In this document: positions 38,240 through 50,511 of the stretch, in pieces
How positions within the stretch are numbered: position 1 is the first letter of the stretch
Layout: each line of letters opens with the position of its first letter
DNA from: Felis catus
Lineage: Eukaryota
Direction: 5' to 3'
Assembly: GCF_018350175.1 (NCBI RefSeq)
Contig: NC_058383.1
Span: forward strand, 3,286,001-3,350,000
Length of the DNA: 64,000 nucleotides
Made by a program: the position numbers and the translations under genes
The notes under the pieces: model-generated
Database searches by the model: none
What the model was told of the DNA's origin: nothing
Seen by the model: only the letters and a program-made list of their open reading frames with translations

Positions 38240-38412
38240 GGCAGCAGTAGGAGGCATAGAGGTTTAGGAACCAGGCTGACGTGAGTTTTAACCGCATTCC
38301 GCCATGTACCAGGTATGGAACTGAGGCCATCTTAAACTCCCTGGGTTTGTTTCCTTGTCTTCGGAACGAGCACAGCAGAACCTCACTCCCGGGCTTGTTG
38401 TCAGGGTTATTA
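38240..38412 (+). mobile_element. MIR SINE
   Basis: catagaggtttaggaaccaggctgac...cttaaactccctgggtttgtttccttgtc...acctcactcccgggcttgttgtcagggtta. Confidence 0.6.
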
Positions 38413-40756
38413 TTTTGCAGTTCTCGCTGTGAAGAAACTTTGCGTTACAGAGAGTCAAAATCTGACCCTAACCAGTGAGCTCTGGCCCCCCTTCCCCCGG
38501 TGTCGAGGGACAGCAAAGCAAAGCAGTCAGGAGCATGGGCGCCAGACCGCCCGGGGCCGAAGCCAGCTCTGCCGCTCTTGGTCTGTGTGGCCGTGGGAAG
38601 GGGGCTTTGTGCCTCTTTCCCTCGGTACAGCTGGCTGCCCGGGCGCCCCGCAGTCCTCTCGGGACGACGAACGCGCGAGTGCCTGCCAGTGCTAGGGGCC
38701 GTCCCTGCTTCACAGGCGGCTCTGTAAGTGCCTGAACCCAGCCCCCGGGCCTTCCCGGCCTCCCGAGTTCCTCCGGGTGGGACCACCTCAGTCCCTCAGA
38801 GTCCCGTGGACGTCAGGTCTCAGCCCTCGTCGCCGACCTAGTTCTCCTCTCGTGAACGTGCTTCCGCCGCTCTGGTTGCCGTGAAGGAACAGAGGGTGCG
38901 GTCCAAGTTGGAGTTCGTTCCCACAGGGGCGGCCGCACTCTGGGTGACTCCGGACATCTCCACAGGCCCTCCCGATCTGCCCGCAGCTCTCCCCTGTGGC
39001 CCGCTCCCACCCCAGCCGGCTCACCTGGCCCCGATCCCCTCCTTATCTGACCCTGGCTCCTGGGCCACCCAGTTGCCAGTTGACATTGTTTGCCAACTCT
39101 GACTTCCTGGACAAGTATTAAGGATTTTACAGGTTTAGCTTCAACGGACCTTACTTCTAGTGTCGTAAACCATATATTCGTTGTTTGCGTTAGGGCGCGT
39201 TTCTTACTGGCCAGCATTCTGCCCTAAGGACGTGGAGCGGTTCACTTACTGGGTGGGTCCCTGCAAGACTTAACCGAATCAGACAGGGAAGGAAACTTCA
39301 CAATCCCCTTAGTTTCTTGCTCTTGTCAAGTGGAGTACGAGGGCAAATACACTATTTTTCTGAAATTTATGACACGGTCACTTATACTCACTTCTTCGCT
39401 TATATTTAAAACAGGGCTTGACAACCCGGCATTTTACCCCCACACATCAAGTCAACAGAGACTTCTTTAAAAAAATTACTGTCTTTAGATATCAAGCAAA
39501 CTATGGTAGCATCCTAAATGAAGAGCTAGTTCCCGCAACATGTACATAAAACTCAGCTGCCTTAAGGGAAGCATGGTCTATTCTGGGAACACAGGGTTTA
39601 CATGAGCAGGGGTGTCAGGGGAACACCTGCCCTGAGCACCACCTCCGGCAGCTGCCATACGTCCGCGTTCTCCTTCCTGCGCCTCTCTCAGCGTGACTGC
39701 CAGCGTTCCTGGCCAGTGCCACAGTGGTCACCCCTGCAGCAACGTTTAAGGTACGAGAATAAATTCACCGAAAGACAAGGACAGTTCTTGAGCAACATCT
39801 CCCAGGTCCCGCATTCTAAATATGGCAAAGAGCGTTTTAAGTACTTCCTGCTTGGAGATGTTCATGCTTTCCATCATTGGAGTCGGACCAGTTTGAGAAA
39901 ATATGTATCATAAATAATCTTCAGAACACTTTAATATACTGCCGATAGTATTAAAAGTCAAAGCTTTCATAAAATTTAATTTACCTCTCCGTGCAACTTA
40001 AATCAGGAGCAGTTTTAAAATGTGCATGGTTCTGATAAATTAATAGCTTCCCTTTAGCCTTCTGGGCTTGGGGGCCTCACAGCCTGCACCTGGAAGCTTA
40101 GTGACTGTGCAAAGCCGCGACTTCTGCGTCTGTCCGGAAAACCTGCTCATAGCCTCTGCGGAGCATTGGCACCAGCCCCCAGGGGTGGGGTGCGAGGCTC
40201 CCTTCCCCCACTGCCTTTACGGGGTGTCCAGGCCTCCCCGGATGGGCCCAGTCGCCGAAAGGGACGTGTGCCTGCCTTAGCAGGATCTCCTGGCGATCCG
40301 TGGGGGCACCTCCCTGGACAGCTACACTGTCAGGGCCTCAGCTCCACCAAAAATAGGTGCGCTTCACTATATGCGGCCTGTGTGCTGCGGCAGAGGCAGA
40401 ATGATGTCAATTTCACGTCATTCCTACCAGTTAGCAACATAGCCCTGGTAGTGTTTTGCTCGTTAGTTCCTCTAAGTCTCTTGGTACTTTCCCTTTGAAT
40501 ATGGTTGCAACAAAGTTTCTATTCTAGGACAAGAAGAATAGCACAAAATGCCCAACAAGGATGGGGGGAACCATTGTAGTTGAAGAAAGAGACTGTGATC
40601 AAAAGTAATTCGGGAGCTTGGTACCCGTAGGTTCACTTTCATGATGGCTGCAAAAGTTGATTCATATGTTTGGTTATTGGGCGTAACTAGGCTAATCCCT
40701 CACTTCTGTGTGCGATTTACGGTCAATCAGGTAGTTTCACCTACGTGGCCAACCCT

Positions 40757-41110
40757 GTAGGTTGCCTGACCCAAGGTGCAGTCCCCAGGCACCCCCAGCT
40801 AGACGTGACCACGTGACAGACTTCTAGCCAATGAGAATTTAGGGAAGGCCACTGGGTAGGACTTCCAGGAAAGTGTTCTGTTTAGGATAAAGATGTGGCT
40901 AGCACCACTTGGCCATTCTCCCTTCTTCCCGCCTGGAACAAGCACGTAAAACTGGGGAGAGTGCAGCCACTTGCCCCTTAGAAGCAGTGAGCACGAGGAC
41001 AAATGCCAGTGCCCCGAAGGACCCAGGCATGCCTGCTCGCCTTCCATCTCCCTCCAACCCTTAGTGTTCTTTGTTTCTGAAGTGGCACAAAGTGGGTTCT
41101 TATCCCTGAC
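40757..41110 (+). mobile_element. MLT1J-like LTR
   Basis: agctagacgtgaccacgtgacagacttctagccaatgaga...ggacttccaggaaag...cttcttcccgcctggaac...gcagccacttg. Confidence 0.7.
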
Positions 41111-41115
41111 TTGAG

Positions 41116-42195
41116 ACCTTTCTTCTTTTCTAACATAAGTGCTTGATGCTATACATATTTCTCGAAGCACTGATTTAGGTGCATTTTTAAGACGTTGGCT
41201 TCTCATTTTCGTTCACGACAAAATATTTTCTAATATCCTTTGTAATTTCTCCTTTGACCCATGGGTTATTTGTAAGTGTGATGTTCCGCTCCCAACTGTT
41301 AGGGATTTTCCAGATAGTCTTTCTGTTGTGGACTGCTGATTTAATTCTCTTGTGGTCAGGGAATATACTTTGCATGATTTCAGTCCTTTTACCCTTATTG
41401 AGATTTGTTTATGACCCAGAATATACCGGCAAATGTTCTGTGTGCACTTACAAAGAATTTGTATTTTACTGCTGTGGGAATGTTTTGTAAAATATCAGGT
41501 CAAGTTGGTCATAAAATTGTCCCAGTCTGCTGTATCTTTACCGATCCTCTGACTTTTCTTTTAAATTTTTTTTCAGTGAGGAACAAAAAAGCCTTTTATA
41601 TTCACTCACATATTTACCATTTTCGGTGCTTTTGATTCCTTTGTGTACATCGAACTTTCCATCTAGTGTCCTTTTCTTTCTGCCTGAAGGCACCGCTTTA
41701 ACATTTCTGGGGCAGCTGGTCTGCTCGGGGTAAAGTCTATCCACTGCCTGGTGTGGCGGGAGCACAAACTCTGGTCATTTGGGCTCCTGGTGTTGTATTC
41801 TCTGTACCTTTCCTTTGACGTCTCAGCGCCCACTCCCTTGGATACCTTGCTGGTTTCCTTCCTTACACAGACCACAGATGTACAGCTCAGCATCAGCAGA
41901 GACCGGAGGGGGCTCCCTTGCAGATCTCTGGGGCTGTGCGTACACGGGTTCCTGCCTGGGTTCTGCCCCACAAGCTTTAGCCTCCTTGCCCCCCAAATGC
42001 TGAACTCTGTCTTCCCGACTCAGGAGGCCCTCTGGGATGTTTGGGTTCCCTTGCTTGCCTGGAAACCCCTGTGAGATGGTGCTGGCCCATGGTCCAGTGT
42101 CTAAACATCATTGTTGCATATACTTGGTTTTCTGTTTAAGGTGGGGGAGTAAGTCAGATTCCTCTTACTCTTCCATGGCTGAAAGCAAAAGTCCT
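41116..42195 (-). mobile_element. Ancient L1 (L1M4-like) 5' portion: ORF2 endonuclease, ORF1 and 5'UTR remnants
   Basis: ORF 41187-41375 (FPDHKRIK...NNPWVKGEITKDIRKYF..NENE) is L1 ORF2-like. The 5' terminus pattern ggtgggggagtaagtc...gcaaaagtc is present. Confidence 0.8.
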
Positions 42196-42206
42196 CTTCA
42201 TCTGTC

Positions 42207-42645
42207 TTTTTAAATAAAAATGTTTTAACTGGAGTAAAACACACATAACACAGTTTACCAACTTAACCATTTTAAGTATACGGTTCAGTAGTATTCCATA
42301 TTCACATCGTGCGCATCCAACCCCACCATCCGTCCCTAGAAGTTTTTCTTCTTCCCACCTGAGACTGTCCCCGTTGCACACCGACTCCCCACCTGCCCTC
42401 CCCCAGCCCCTGGACACGGCCATCTACTTTCTGACCATGAATGTGACTCCTCTGAGGACCTCACAGAGGAGGAAGCATACGGCAGCCGCCAGCTCATCCT
42501 CAGGGTTCGTCCTTGCCTGGCATGTGTCAGAATCCCCTCCTTCTGAAGGCTGAAGCCCCACTGTGCGCGTGTACCACGGTCTGTCTCTCCATGCAGCTGT
42601 CAGAGTAGCCAGTGGAGTGCTTCCAACTTTAGGCTACCGGGAAAA
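42207..42645 (-). mobile_element. L1MB-like 3' end
   Basis: acacataacacagtttaccaacttaaccattttaagtatacggttcagtag...catctactttctg. Confidence 0.85.
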
Positions 42646-42824
42646 AATGCTAGTTTCCACAAATGTGTTACATTTCTTCAACTGTTGGCGGCCACATGGC
42701 CACGTTGTCTGGTCCGTGTCTGCAGGTTTTTGTGAGCCCGCACGTAGGTCACGTGGAGCCCCCCACAGGGCGAGGAGACGATGGATGCACCTGCTTGGCC
42801 ACGTTTGCGCACATCTCCTTGCCT

Positions 42825-42970
42825 CTCGTTCTCATCTCCTTCCTTCCTCTCCTGCTTTCTCACCTTCTCCTTTCCTCTCTTCTCTTTCTCTTTCCTTTCT
42901 CCTCTCTTCCCCACTCTTTGCCCTTCCTTCCCGTTCTGCCCCTCTCAGCCCGTTCCTCTCCCCTCTTGCT
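42825..42970. repeat. CT-rich low-complexity tract
   Basis: About 145 nt almost entirely pyrimidine on the + strand. Confidence 0.85.
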
Positions 42971-42974
42971 CCCG

Positions 42975-43420
42975 AGCGTGAGTGCTGTGTTTACCGCGTG
43001 TAGCCACGTGTGCCAACCGGGGGGCCACTGGGTGGGGGGGGGTTCCGTGGGCTGTAAGTTGAGCGTGGGCGGTGGGCGTGCGGGAGAGGTGAGCGCACGA
43101 GGGTGGCCTGCGTACCCACGGGGTGAGCGCGCGTGGGTGGGCGGTGTGCTGGGGCAGGGTGGGCGCGTGCAGTGGGCGCAGGGGCGTCTGTGGCCACGGT
43201 GGGAGCCGGAGGCGCTGGCGAAGCCCGGCTGGGGTTCCTCGGTAATTTCTAGGGAGGCTCCATCCGGCCCGGGCGATCCAGGAAGGCCTGGATGAAGGGC
43301 TGGCAGCCGCCCCGGCCCCAGAGCTGGGCACAGTCAGGCTCACCGCGGTCGCAGAGGGCTCCCGGGTGGAACGAGTGACGCGAGCACACGCAGAGCCCGG
43401 AGGAACTTTCCGCCTTCTTG
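42975..43420. promoter_or_regulatory. Small CpG-island-like, G-rich segment
   Basis: Dense CpGs, gggcgg and cacgtg motifs, repeated ggtgagcgc/gtgggcg units. Confidence 0.4.
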
Positions 43421-43664
43421 TCTGGAGCCCTTGTCACTCTGTCATTCCCATCTCTTTCCCCAAGACTTGTGTTGAACCAGCTTTTAAAGGTTCAGGATAA
43501 AATATGGGAAACTATATGTGCATGTGATAATGAACATAAGACAATGAAAATGAAGTTACTTATTTTTCGTGTACCTTGCCCATTTTTGATTGGCTTTAGA
43601 TGTTGTGTATTGCAAATGTGTTTTCCAACTTTATCATTTGTCTTTTGCTTTTTACCTCCTAATG

Positions 43665-44060
43665 TCCTTAAGAAAATAATGGCCCCTGAAACAAAAGAGC
43701 AGCCGCTCAGTAAATCTGACTAATGATAAGTCATCTGAATTCATAAAAAGTGTGAATGACTAATTTAAGTTCTTTTGTGTTCAAGGCACCTTGTCGCCCT
43801 TGATTGTCAAACTAAGTCTTAGCAATTAAAGCTCTTTGGGAACATGTTTTAATAAACAGATTGTGATGTTATTTCAGTGAACTTCATTTATAAGTGCAAA
43901 GACATTCTCAACTCTCTAATGTCACTTATGTTGTTGATTTGCTGAGAGAAAAATTTCTCTTTATACAAATGTAGATTTTCTTCAGCCCAGTCCCTAAGTG
44001 AATTATAACAAATTGTGAATTAGTGGTTCTAATTATGCAGTAAGGTGATCCAGTCCGTAT
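43665..44060. promoter_or_regulatory. Candidate conserved enhancer
   Basis: AT-rich unique block with tcataaa 43741, tgattgtca 43801, caattaa, tttaataaa and taatta 44030. Confidence 0.4.
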
Positions 44061-44374
44061 ATACCTTATTTTATTATTATATCAGCATGATTCTGAGTTT
44101 CTTTCTCGTTTCAGTTTTAATTATGAGAACTTTATTAAATACCGTCTTTCCTGTAATCCTCCCAGGGTCAGGTGGGACATCAGGGTCTGAGGACTGTCTT
44201 AGAAAACAGAGGCGCTTGCACTGGTTGGCCTGGCCTTGATTTTTGATCGCTCGCGCTCAGTCCCCGCAGAGGTGTTCTGCCACAGAGCATCCCCTGGGCG
44301 TGTCTGAGGCACATCTGTCCACGCCCTCCTCTGGTGAAGGTTCTCGAATACCTCGCCATCGCCTACAGGTTACA

Positions 44375-44595
44375 GCCCATTTGAGAGCTGGGCTCCAAAG
44401 GACCTCTGTGCGAGTCCTGTGTCTCCCGGTCCCATGTGACCTGCAGAGAATTACTCAGCTTCTCCGTGCCTCAGTCTCCCTGTCTCTGAAATGGGAGCAG
44501 TGTGGCTCCCTTGGACCTTTGGGGAGATTGAGCACAAATGCAGGTACAGCCCTCGCCTTGACTCCTGGTCAGGTAAGCTCTGCAGAAATGGAGCC
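44375..44595 (+). mobile_element. MIR SINE
   Basis: tgtgacctgcagagaattactcagcttctccgtgcctcagtctccctgtctctgaaatggga. Confidence 0.75.
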
Positions 44596-45576
44596 ACAGC
44601 TTCTGCACCCTCAGACGGTCCGGTCCGGACACCTGCCCTACCTGCCCCGGCACGGGTCTGAGTGCCCTTCTGTGTCACATCTGGTTTTGCTACCTTCTCC
44701 CTGCCCTCATGTCCTTTTCCACTGTCAGGTGTCCTCAGGGGTCACGGCAGGCTGACACTCCTCCAGGGACCAGATGTGCCCTACTCTGACCAGAGTGCCC
44801 TACTCCCCATGCTCCCCCAGGGCCTGCTGCGAATCTGAGCTGCAAGGAATTGTCAGAGCAAGTTGCAGTTCTCCCCTTGGGTTTTGGTTCCCTCGCTCAC
44901 ATTCTGCCTGACCGTATGAATTAGAAAGTATTCCAAGGGATTCTTCCTAAAAAATTTTAACTGTGAGATATTTCCGACATGTAGAAAGCTGTAATTTGGT
45001 AGCATGTACCCCACCAACGTGTAAGAAGAAAGAACGTTTTAAATGAAGCACTTTTACAGAAAAACTGCCCCCTCCCATCCCCTCTCTCTCTGCAGTGGAA
45101 GCCATTAACTTGAATTTGATGCGACTCCTCACCCGGCGTTTCCTGTTTTATTATACATTTCCATCCCCGTAATTCTATAGAATATCACTTGTGTGTTTTT
45201 TAATTTACATAAATATTTCCATTTTATAGTGGTTACCCTCAAATATTTATCGTGCACAATTGACTTAATGGAGTCTAAAATGAGGCGGCACTTTCTGAAT
45301 ATAAATGGACTTTCCAGCTTCCACACCAATCAACCTGTCTTCTGTATTTCCTATCTTTGTGGTCTTCTGTGTTGGATCTATCTTGTTTTTAATCCCCAGG
45401 TTAGTTATAATAATGCACAAAATTACTTTTCACAGTGTTTATTTAGATTTGCCAGCATGGTTTTTACTCCTCATGGCTTTCACACCCCCTCCTCCCACTC
45501 ATACAAGTACCTCCCGTAGAAGTCATTTCCTATGGAAAAACTGAAAATATCTTTGTTTTACCTGATTCATGTCCTC

Positions 45577-47023
45577 CTTTTATTTTGGGAAATTTCAACC
45601 TGCAGAAATGTAAGATGAATAAAATGTATATTTTATACCCTCCATCTAGGTTCTCTGATGGTTAGCCTCTTGCCACTTCGGCTCTCGCTCTGTCTGTCTA
45701 TCTGTCTGTGTCTGTCTGTGTTGGTCTCTCTGTCGCTCTCGCTCTCCTGACACACACATTTTTGTTAGACTGATGCCTCTGAGAATTTGTCGTAGACTTC
45801 CCACCCTAAATATTTCAGCATCTGTAGACTATGAACGAAAGCATTCTCCTCCATAACCACAGTAGAATGATCACTCTTTAAAATTTAGCCTTGATTTAGC
45901 ACTATCATCAAATGTATAGCCCACATCCAAATGTCCCTAATTATAACAATAAAGAGCTTCGGCGCTTGCTTTCAGCTCTGGCGTCCAGTTAAGGATCATC
46001 CTTTGCGGTAGTTCTCGTGTCCCTGGTCTACGAAGTCCTTGACCTTTTGTTTGTCTTGACATGCACATTTTGGAAAAGCCCAGATCAGCTCTTTTGTAGA
46101 GTGTTCTTCAGTCTTGAACGTGTCTCATTGTTTCTCCTCTATTAGGTTCAGGTTAAACATCCTGGTGATACTGTGCCCCTCTCGCGCTCCACCCCAGCAC
46201 TGCAGGATGTCAGCTGGTCTCATTACTGACGACTTTTCGTGAAGTGATTATTTGGGTGAACGGGGAGGCCAGCAGATTTCTCCAAACGGGAAGGTGCGTT
46301 TTCCCTTTGTAATTAGTCAAAAACCTGTGTGGTAAAACCTTGACGCTCCGTAACCGTTCTGTTTCCCAGCGTAGTCTGCACCCAGTGATCTCGAGTCCGC
46401 TGAAGCGTCCCGCCCCAGTCTGATCCTACCGTGACGGGTGCGCTTCTGCAACATTCCGCACCTCCACCATCTGTCTGTGTGTTCGGTTAGCGTTCTTGTG
46501 CAAGGAGCTGGACTGTCTCCTCCATCCTCCGCCCTTCAAGTTTTTTAGAAGGGAACCGCGCGTTCTTGTCAGTAATTCAGTGTTGTAATGTAAGCCTTCG
46601 GTTACTCTGAGGCCCGGATTGTTCCACATTTGGCCGGTGGGAGTCCGTGCAAAGCGTCTCCTCTGTCTTCTCAACACGCTCTTACCTGGTTCGGAGCATC
46701 TCTCAGTTTCTGGCAAAACAGAGGGTGTTCCGGGATCACCTTGAATGTTCCCTGCCACAGGAATCGGCCTTGATTTAACATTATCATCAATCATCATTCC
46801 AAGGCTGGAATCGGCCATTGTTCCAAGAAGCTGGGATTCCTTTGAGGGGCATGTGGCCTTTAGAACCTAATTTCTCAGAACTGGGTGTGTTCATTACTAA
46901 TGAGGTACTACTGCTTCTAGGCTCTTTCAGTGGATGGGACAAGGATGTGTATATAATATACGGGAGGTATTGTATATCATATATAATAACTACATGTTAT
47001 ATATTTTTATCTTTCTCAGAGTG

Positions 47024-47067
<44 letters not shown>

Positions 47068-47400
47068 GCAGTTCTTGTTTGTTTTTTTAATAGTTTATAC
47101 TGGCACTTCTAAATTCCAGTTAAATATTGACATCATAGGAATTTTTCTTCCCTTCCCCTGTTTCCTACTTGTATCTCACTTCTCCCACAAGGAGAACACT
47201 GATTTCCAACAGCATTAATTTATTTATTCATTTTTTCAATCCCATAGTTCACACTAGATTGTTTCCCAATTGCCACACCAGTACAGCTACCTGCTTCAAA
47301 GTCACTGAATACAATTCAACATTTCTTTCTCATCCTTTGTGTGCTTGCAGGATACCCTCTTGAGGCTTGCAGTCAGATACTGGGTTCTAAACTTTCTTTT
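45577..47400 (-). mobile_element. L1MC4/5-like 3' region
   Basis: ccctaaatatttcagcat...cattctcctccataaccacag...ggaatcggccattgttccaag...gcttctaggctctttcagtgga. Confidence 0.8.
47026..47065. repeat. (GT)20 microsatellite
   Basis: Perfect GT run. Confidence 0.95.
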
Positions 47401-47483
47401 TCTTCTGTACGTTATCTATTTGATGGACTGTTAGCTTCATTTCTTTCTTTTTTTTTTTTCATATATTAGTGTTTCTTTTTGTC

Positions 47484-47768
47484 CTTCCAAATTTTTATTT
47501 AAATTCTAGTTAGTTAACATACAGGGCAATGTTGGTTTCAGGAGTAGAAATCAGTGATTTTGTCACTTACATACAACCCCCAGGGCTCATCATAACAAGT
47601 GCCCTCCTTCACTGGGATGAACCACAGGAATCTACCCCAAAAACCAAGAGCACGCTTTACACACTGTATACTCGCCAATTTGACAATAAATTATATTAAG
47701 AAATAAATAAATAATAACCAGTGCCCTCTCGAATACCCATCACCCATCTAGCCCATCTCCCACCCACT
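47484..47768 (-). mobile_element. Carnivore L1 3' end, interrupted
   Basis: ttttatttaaattctagttagttaacatac...ggtttcaggagtagaa...gctcatcataacaagtgccctc [insert] ...cccatcacccatctagcccatc. Confidence 0.85.
47607..47713 (+). mobile_element. Felid L1 (L1_Fc-like) 3' tip nested in the older L1
   Basis: gaatctaccccaaaaaccaagagcac...ccaatttgacaataaattatattaagaaataaataaata. 15-bp TSD ataac(a/c)agtgccctc at 47592-47606 and 47714-47728. Confidence 0.85.
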
Positions 47769-48032
47769 GGGTTCATTCATTTCTGTATGAATCAATTGTA
47801 GGAAAAAGTTTTGGTTCCTGTTTATCCAGTAATATATTTTTGGAAATGTAAATCATTAGCATAATTCAAAAGTCCAAACTACGTGAAAAGATACACTCAG
47901 AGAAGCTCTACCTACCCCCTTCTCTATCTATACATTGTTCCTCATTCTCAACCATGCCCCATACGTACACAGGCAGCTTCATACGTTTCTGGTATATCCT
48001 TTCTATGTTTCATTTTGCAGAAATAAGTATAT

Positions 48033-48995
48033 ACCAGAGAATGGGAGAAAATATTTGCAAGTCTTAATGTCTGGTAAGGTTTATTGCCCAGGATATATAA
48101 AGGATTTATTTTTGAGAGGGTGAGTGAGTGAGGGGCAGAGAGAGAGGGGGAGAGAGAGAGAGAGGAGAACCCGAAGTGGGGCTTGAGCTCACTTGAACTC
48201 CAACTCATGAACCGTGAGGTCAAGACCTGAGCCATAGCTGGATGCTTAACCCACTGAGCCCAGGTGTCCTGAATGTATAAAGAATTCATAAAACTAAACA
48301 ATAAAAAAAAACACAATCTAAGGTAAAAACAAAGAGTTTTAATAGATAGTTCTCAGAGAAGATAAGCAAATGGTCAGTAAGCAAATGAAAAATGCCTAAC
48401 ATCATGAGTCGTAAGGGACATGGGAATGAAAGTGCAATGAGATACCACCTCACACCCAGCAGTTTGGTGATCATGATTTTTTTAAATGGAAAATGGCCAG
48501 CACCAGCGTTGGCGAGAATGTGGAGAAAGTGGAACGCTTGTGGGAATGCTCAGTGGTGCAGCTGTACGGAAAACACTTTTAAATTCCCTCAGGAAGTTAA
48601 ATCTAGAGTTGACCATGTGACCCAGCAACGCCACTCCTAGGTAAATACCCAAGAGAAGAGAAAACATACGTTCCGCCGAAAGCCGGTACGTGAACGTCTT
48701 CAGGAGCGTTATTCATAATAGCCAGAAGGTGGGAAGAACCCAGGCGTCCACAACAGATGGCCAGATAAACAAAGTGTGGTATATCCGTACAGTGAAATAT
48801 TATCATCACAGAAAGGAAGGAAATACTGCTACATCGTACAAAATGGCCGAAACTTGAAAACATGATGCTACGTGAAGGAAGCCCGCTTACTCTATGATCC
48901 CCTCAATATGAAATGTGAAGAATAGGGAAACCCCTAGAGACAGAAAGTGGATTAGCAGTTTCCAGGGTTTGGGGGGCCGTGGGGAGGGGGTGCTG
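48033..48995 (+). mobile_element. L1MB-like ORF2 end and 3'UTR
   Basis: gaatgggagaaaatatttgcaa...aatgagataccacctcacaccc...ccactcctaggtaaatacccaagaga...agacagaaagtggattag. Confidence 0.9.
48105..48269 (-). mobile_element. CanSINE (internally deleted) inside L1
   Basis: tttatttttgagag...aactcatgaaccgtgaggtcaagacctgagcc...ctgagcccaggtgtcc. Degenerate TSD ggatatataaagga / gaatgtataaagaa. Confidence 0.9.
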
Positions 48996-49179
48996 GAAGG
49001 TACGGGTGCTGCGGTGGTGAAATGTTCCGGAATCAGGCCGTGTTGCCCGTCCCCTCCGTGTGGACATTTCGGTGGCCTCCGGTGTTTTCCAACTACAAGT
49101 AACGCCACAGACTTGTGCACGCGTCTGTGTACCGTGGGAGGTGATCTCACGCTAAATCCTGGGCGATGGTCTAGATGTG

Positions 49180-49760
49180 TGTAGAGTTCTAGGTTGACAG
49201 TTGGCTTGCTTTCAACCCCTTGATGTTTTCTTCCCCCTGCTTTGTTTTTCTGATGAGAAACCTGCTGCCAGTTGCATTATTCTTTGGTGGGTCATCTTTC
49301 TCTCTGGTGGTTTTAAAATTTTCTCCTCGTCTCTGCTGTCGTTAGCTTTGCTGCGTAGATTATGTTCTGCCTCGGAATCACCCTGTTTCTTAAGTCTTAA
49401 GTCTGGGGAATCCCGTCTTATCAGTCCCAGAATTCTTAGCTTTGTTCTTTCTTCAGAGCCCTGCTTTTCTTTCTCTGCTTGTCTCTCTTTCTAGAACTCC
49501 TATTTAAACGTATTTTGGACTCCCTCATCTCACCTTGCTTCCTCTTAGCCTCATTTCCGTAGCGTCTGTCTCTCCATCTGTCTTTGCCACATTCTGGGAA
49601 ACCTTGACCTCTCTGCCAGTTAATTATTTTCACTTTAGCTCTGTCTTATCTGACGTTTCTCCTCACCTTTGAATTTTTTTATTCCAGTGGCTGTGTTTTT
49701 CATTTGCAGAAGTTGTGTTTGCCGCTTTCAAAACCTGCCTTTTCTCTTTCATGTCGTTCT
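49180..49760 (-). mobile_element. Ancient L1 ORF1 remnant
   Basis: tagagttctaggttgacag...ttttctgatgagaaacctgctg...ctagaactcctattta. Confidence 0.6.
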
Positions 49761-50181
49761 GGTTTGGGTTAGAATCTCCAGTTTTCGTTTATTCTCCATA
49801 GCTTCAAACTTCCTTAGTTTACAGCATCTCTCAGATGACTCCATCTTCTCAAATTCAGGGTGTGGGTATCACACCTGCTTTTTTGTTAGGGCGACTCTTC
49901 CTGACAGTGGCTGTATTTTGTCCGTGTGTCAGCTCACCCTCATGTAACTAATCCCTACATTCGTGGGTTGTAGCCGTGTTGTTGTGGGATGGTTTTGTGT
50001 CTCTTTGGGCCATCGTCTCAATGGTTTTATTGGTCCGGAACTGAAATTTTTCAGATTAAGGAGTCCTACAGAACACAGGTGGTACTTCTTTGTATTTTTG
50101 ATCTTTGTTATTTTCTGATGCATGTTAATCATCCTTTTTTGTTCTACCAAGCTTAGCTCTGGCTTTTATATTGTCTTTCCT

Positions 50182-50406
50182 GGGGTGCCTGGGTGCCTCA
50201 GTCGGTTAAGCGTCTGACTTCAGCTCAGGTCATGATCTCACAGTCCGTGAGTTCGAGTCCCACATCGGGCTCTGTGCTGACAGCTCAGAGCCTGGAGCCT
50301 GCTTCGGATTTTGTGTCTCCCTCTCTCTCTCTGCCCCTCCCCTGCTCATGCTCTGTCTCTGTGTCAAAATTAAATTAAAAAAAAATTTTTTTTAACTATA
50401 AAAAAA
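50182..50406 (+). mobile_element. CanSINE SINEC_Fc-type
   Basis: Full head. TSD attgtctttcct at 50170-50181 and 50407-50418. Confidence 0.97.
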
Positions 50407-50511
50407 ATTGTCTTTCCTGTATTTCACCCAGATTTTTATGTGCTTATAACAGGAATGGGACTCATTATAGCTCATTCTGTCATGTACCTAAAATCAGAAA
50501 TCTACTGAGAT

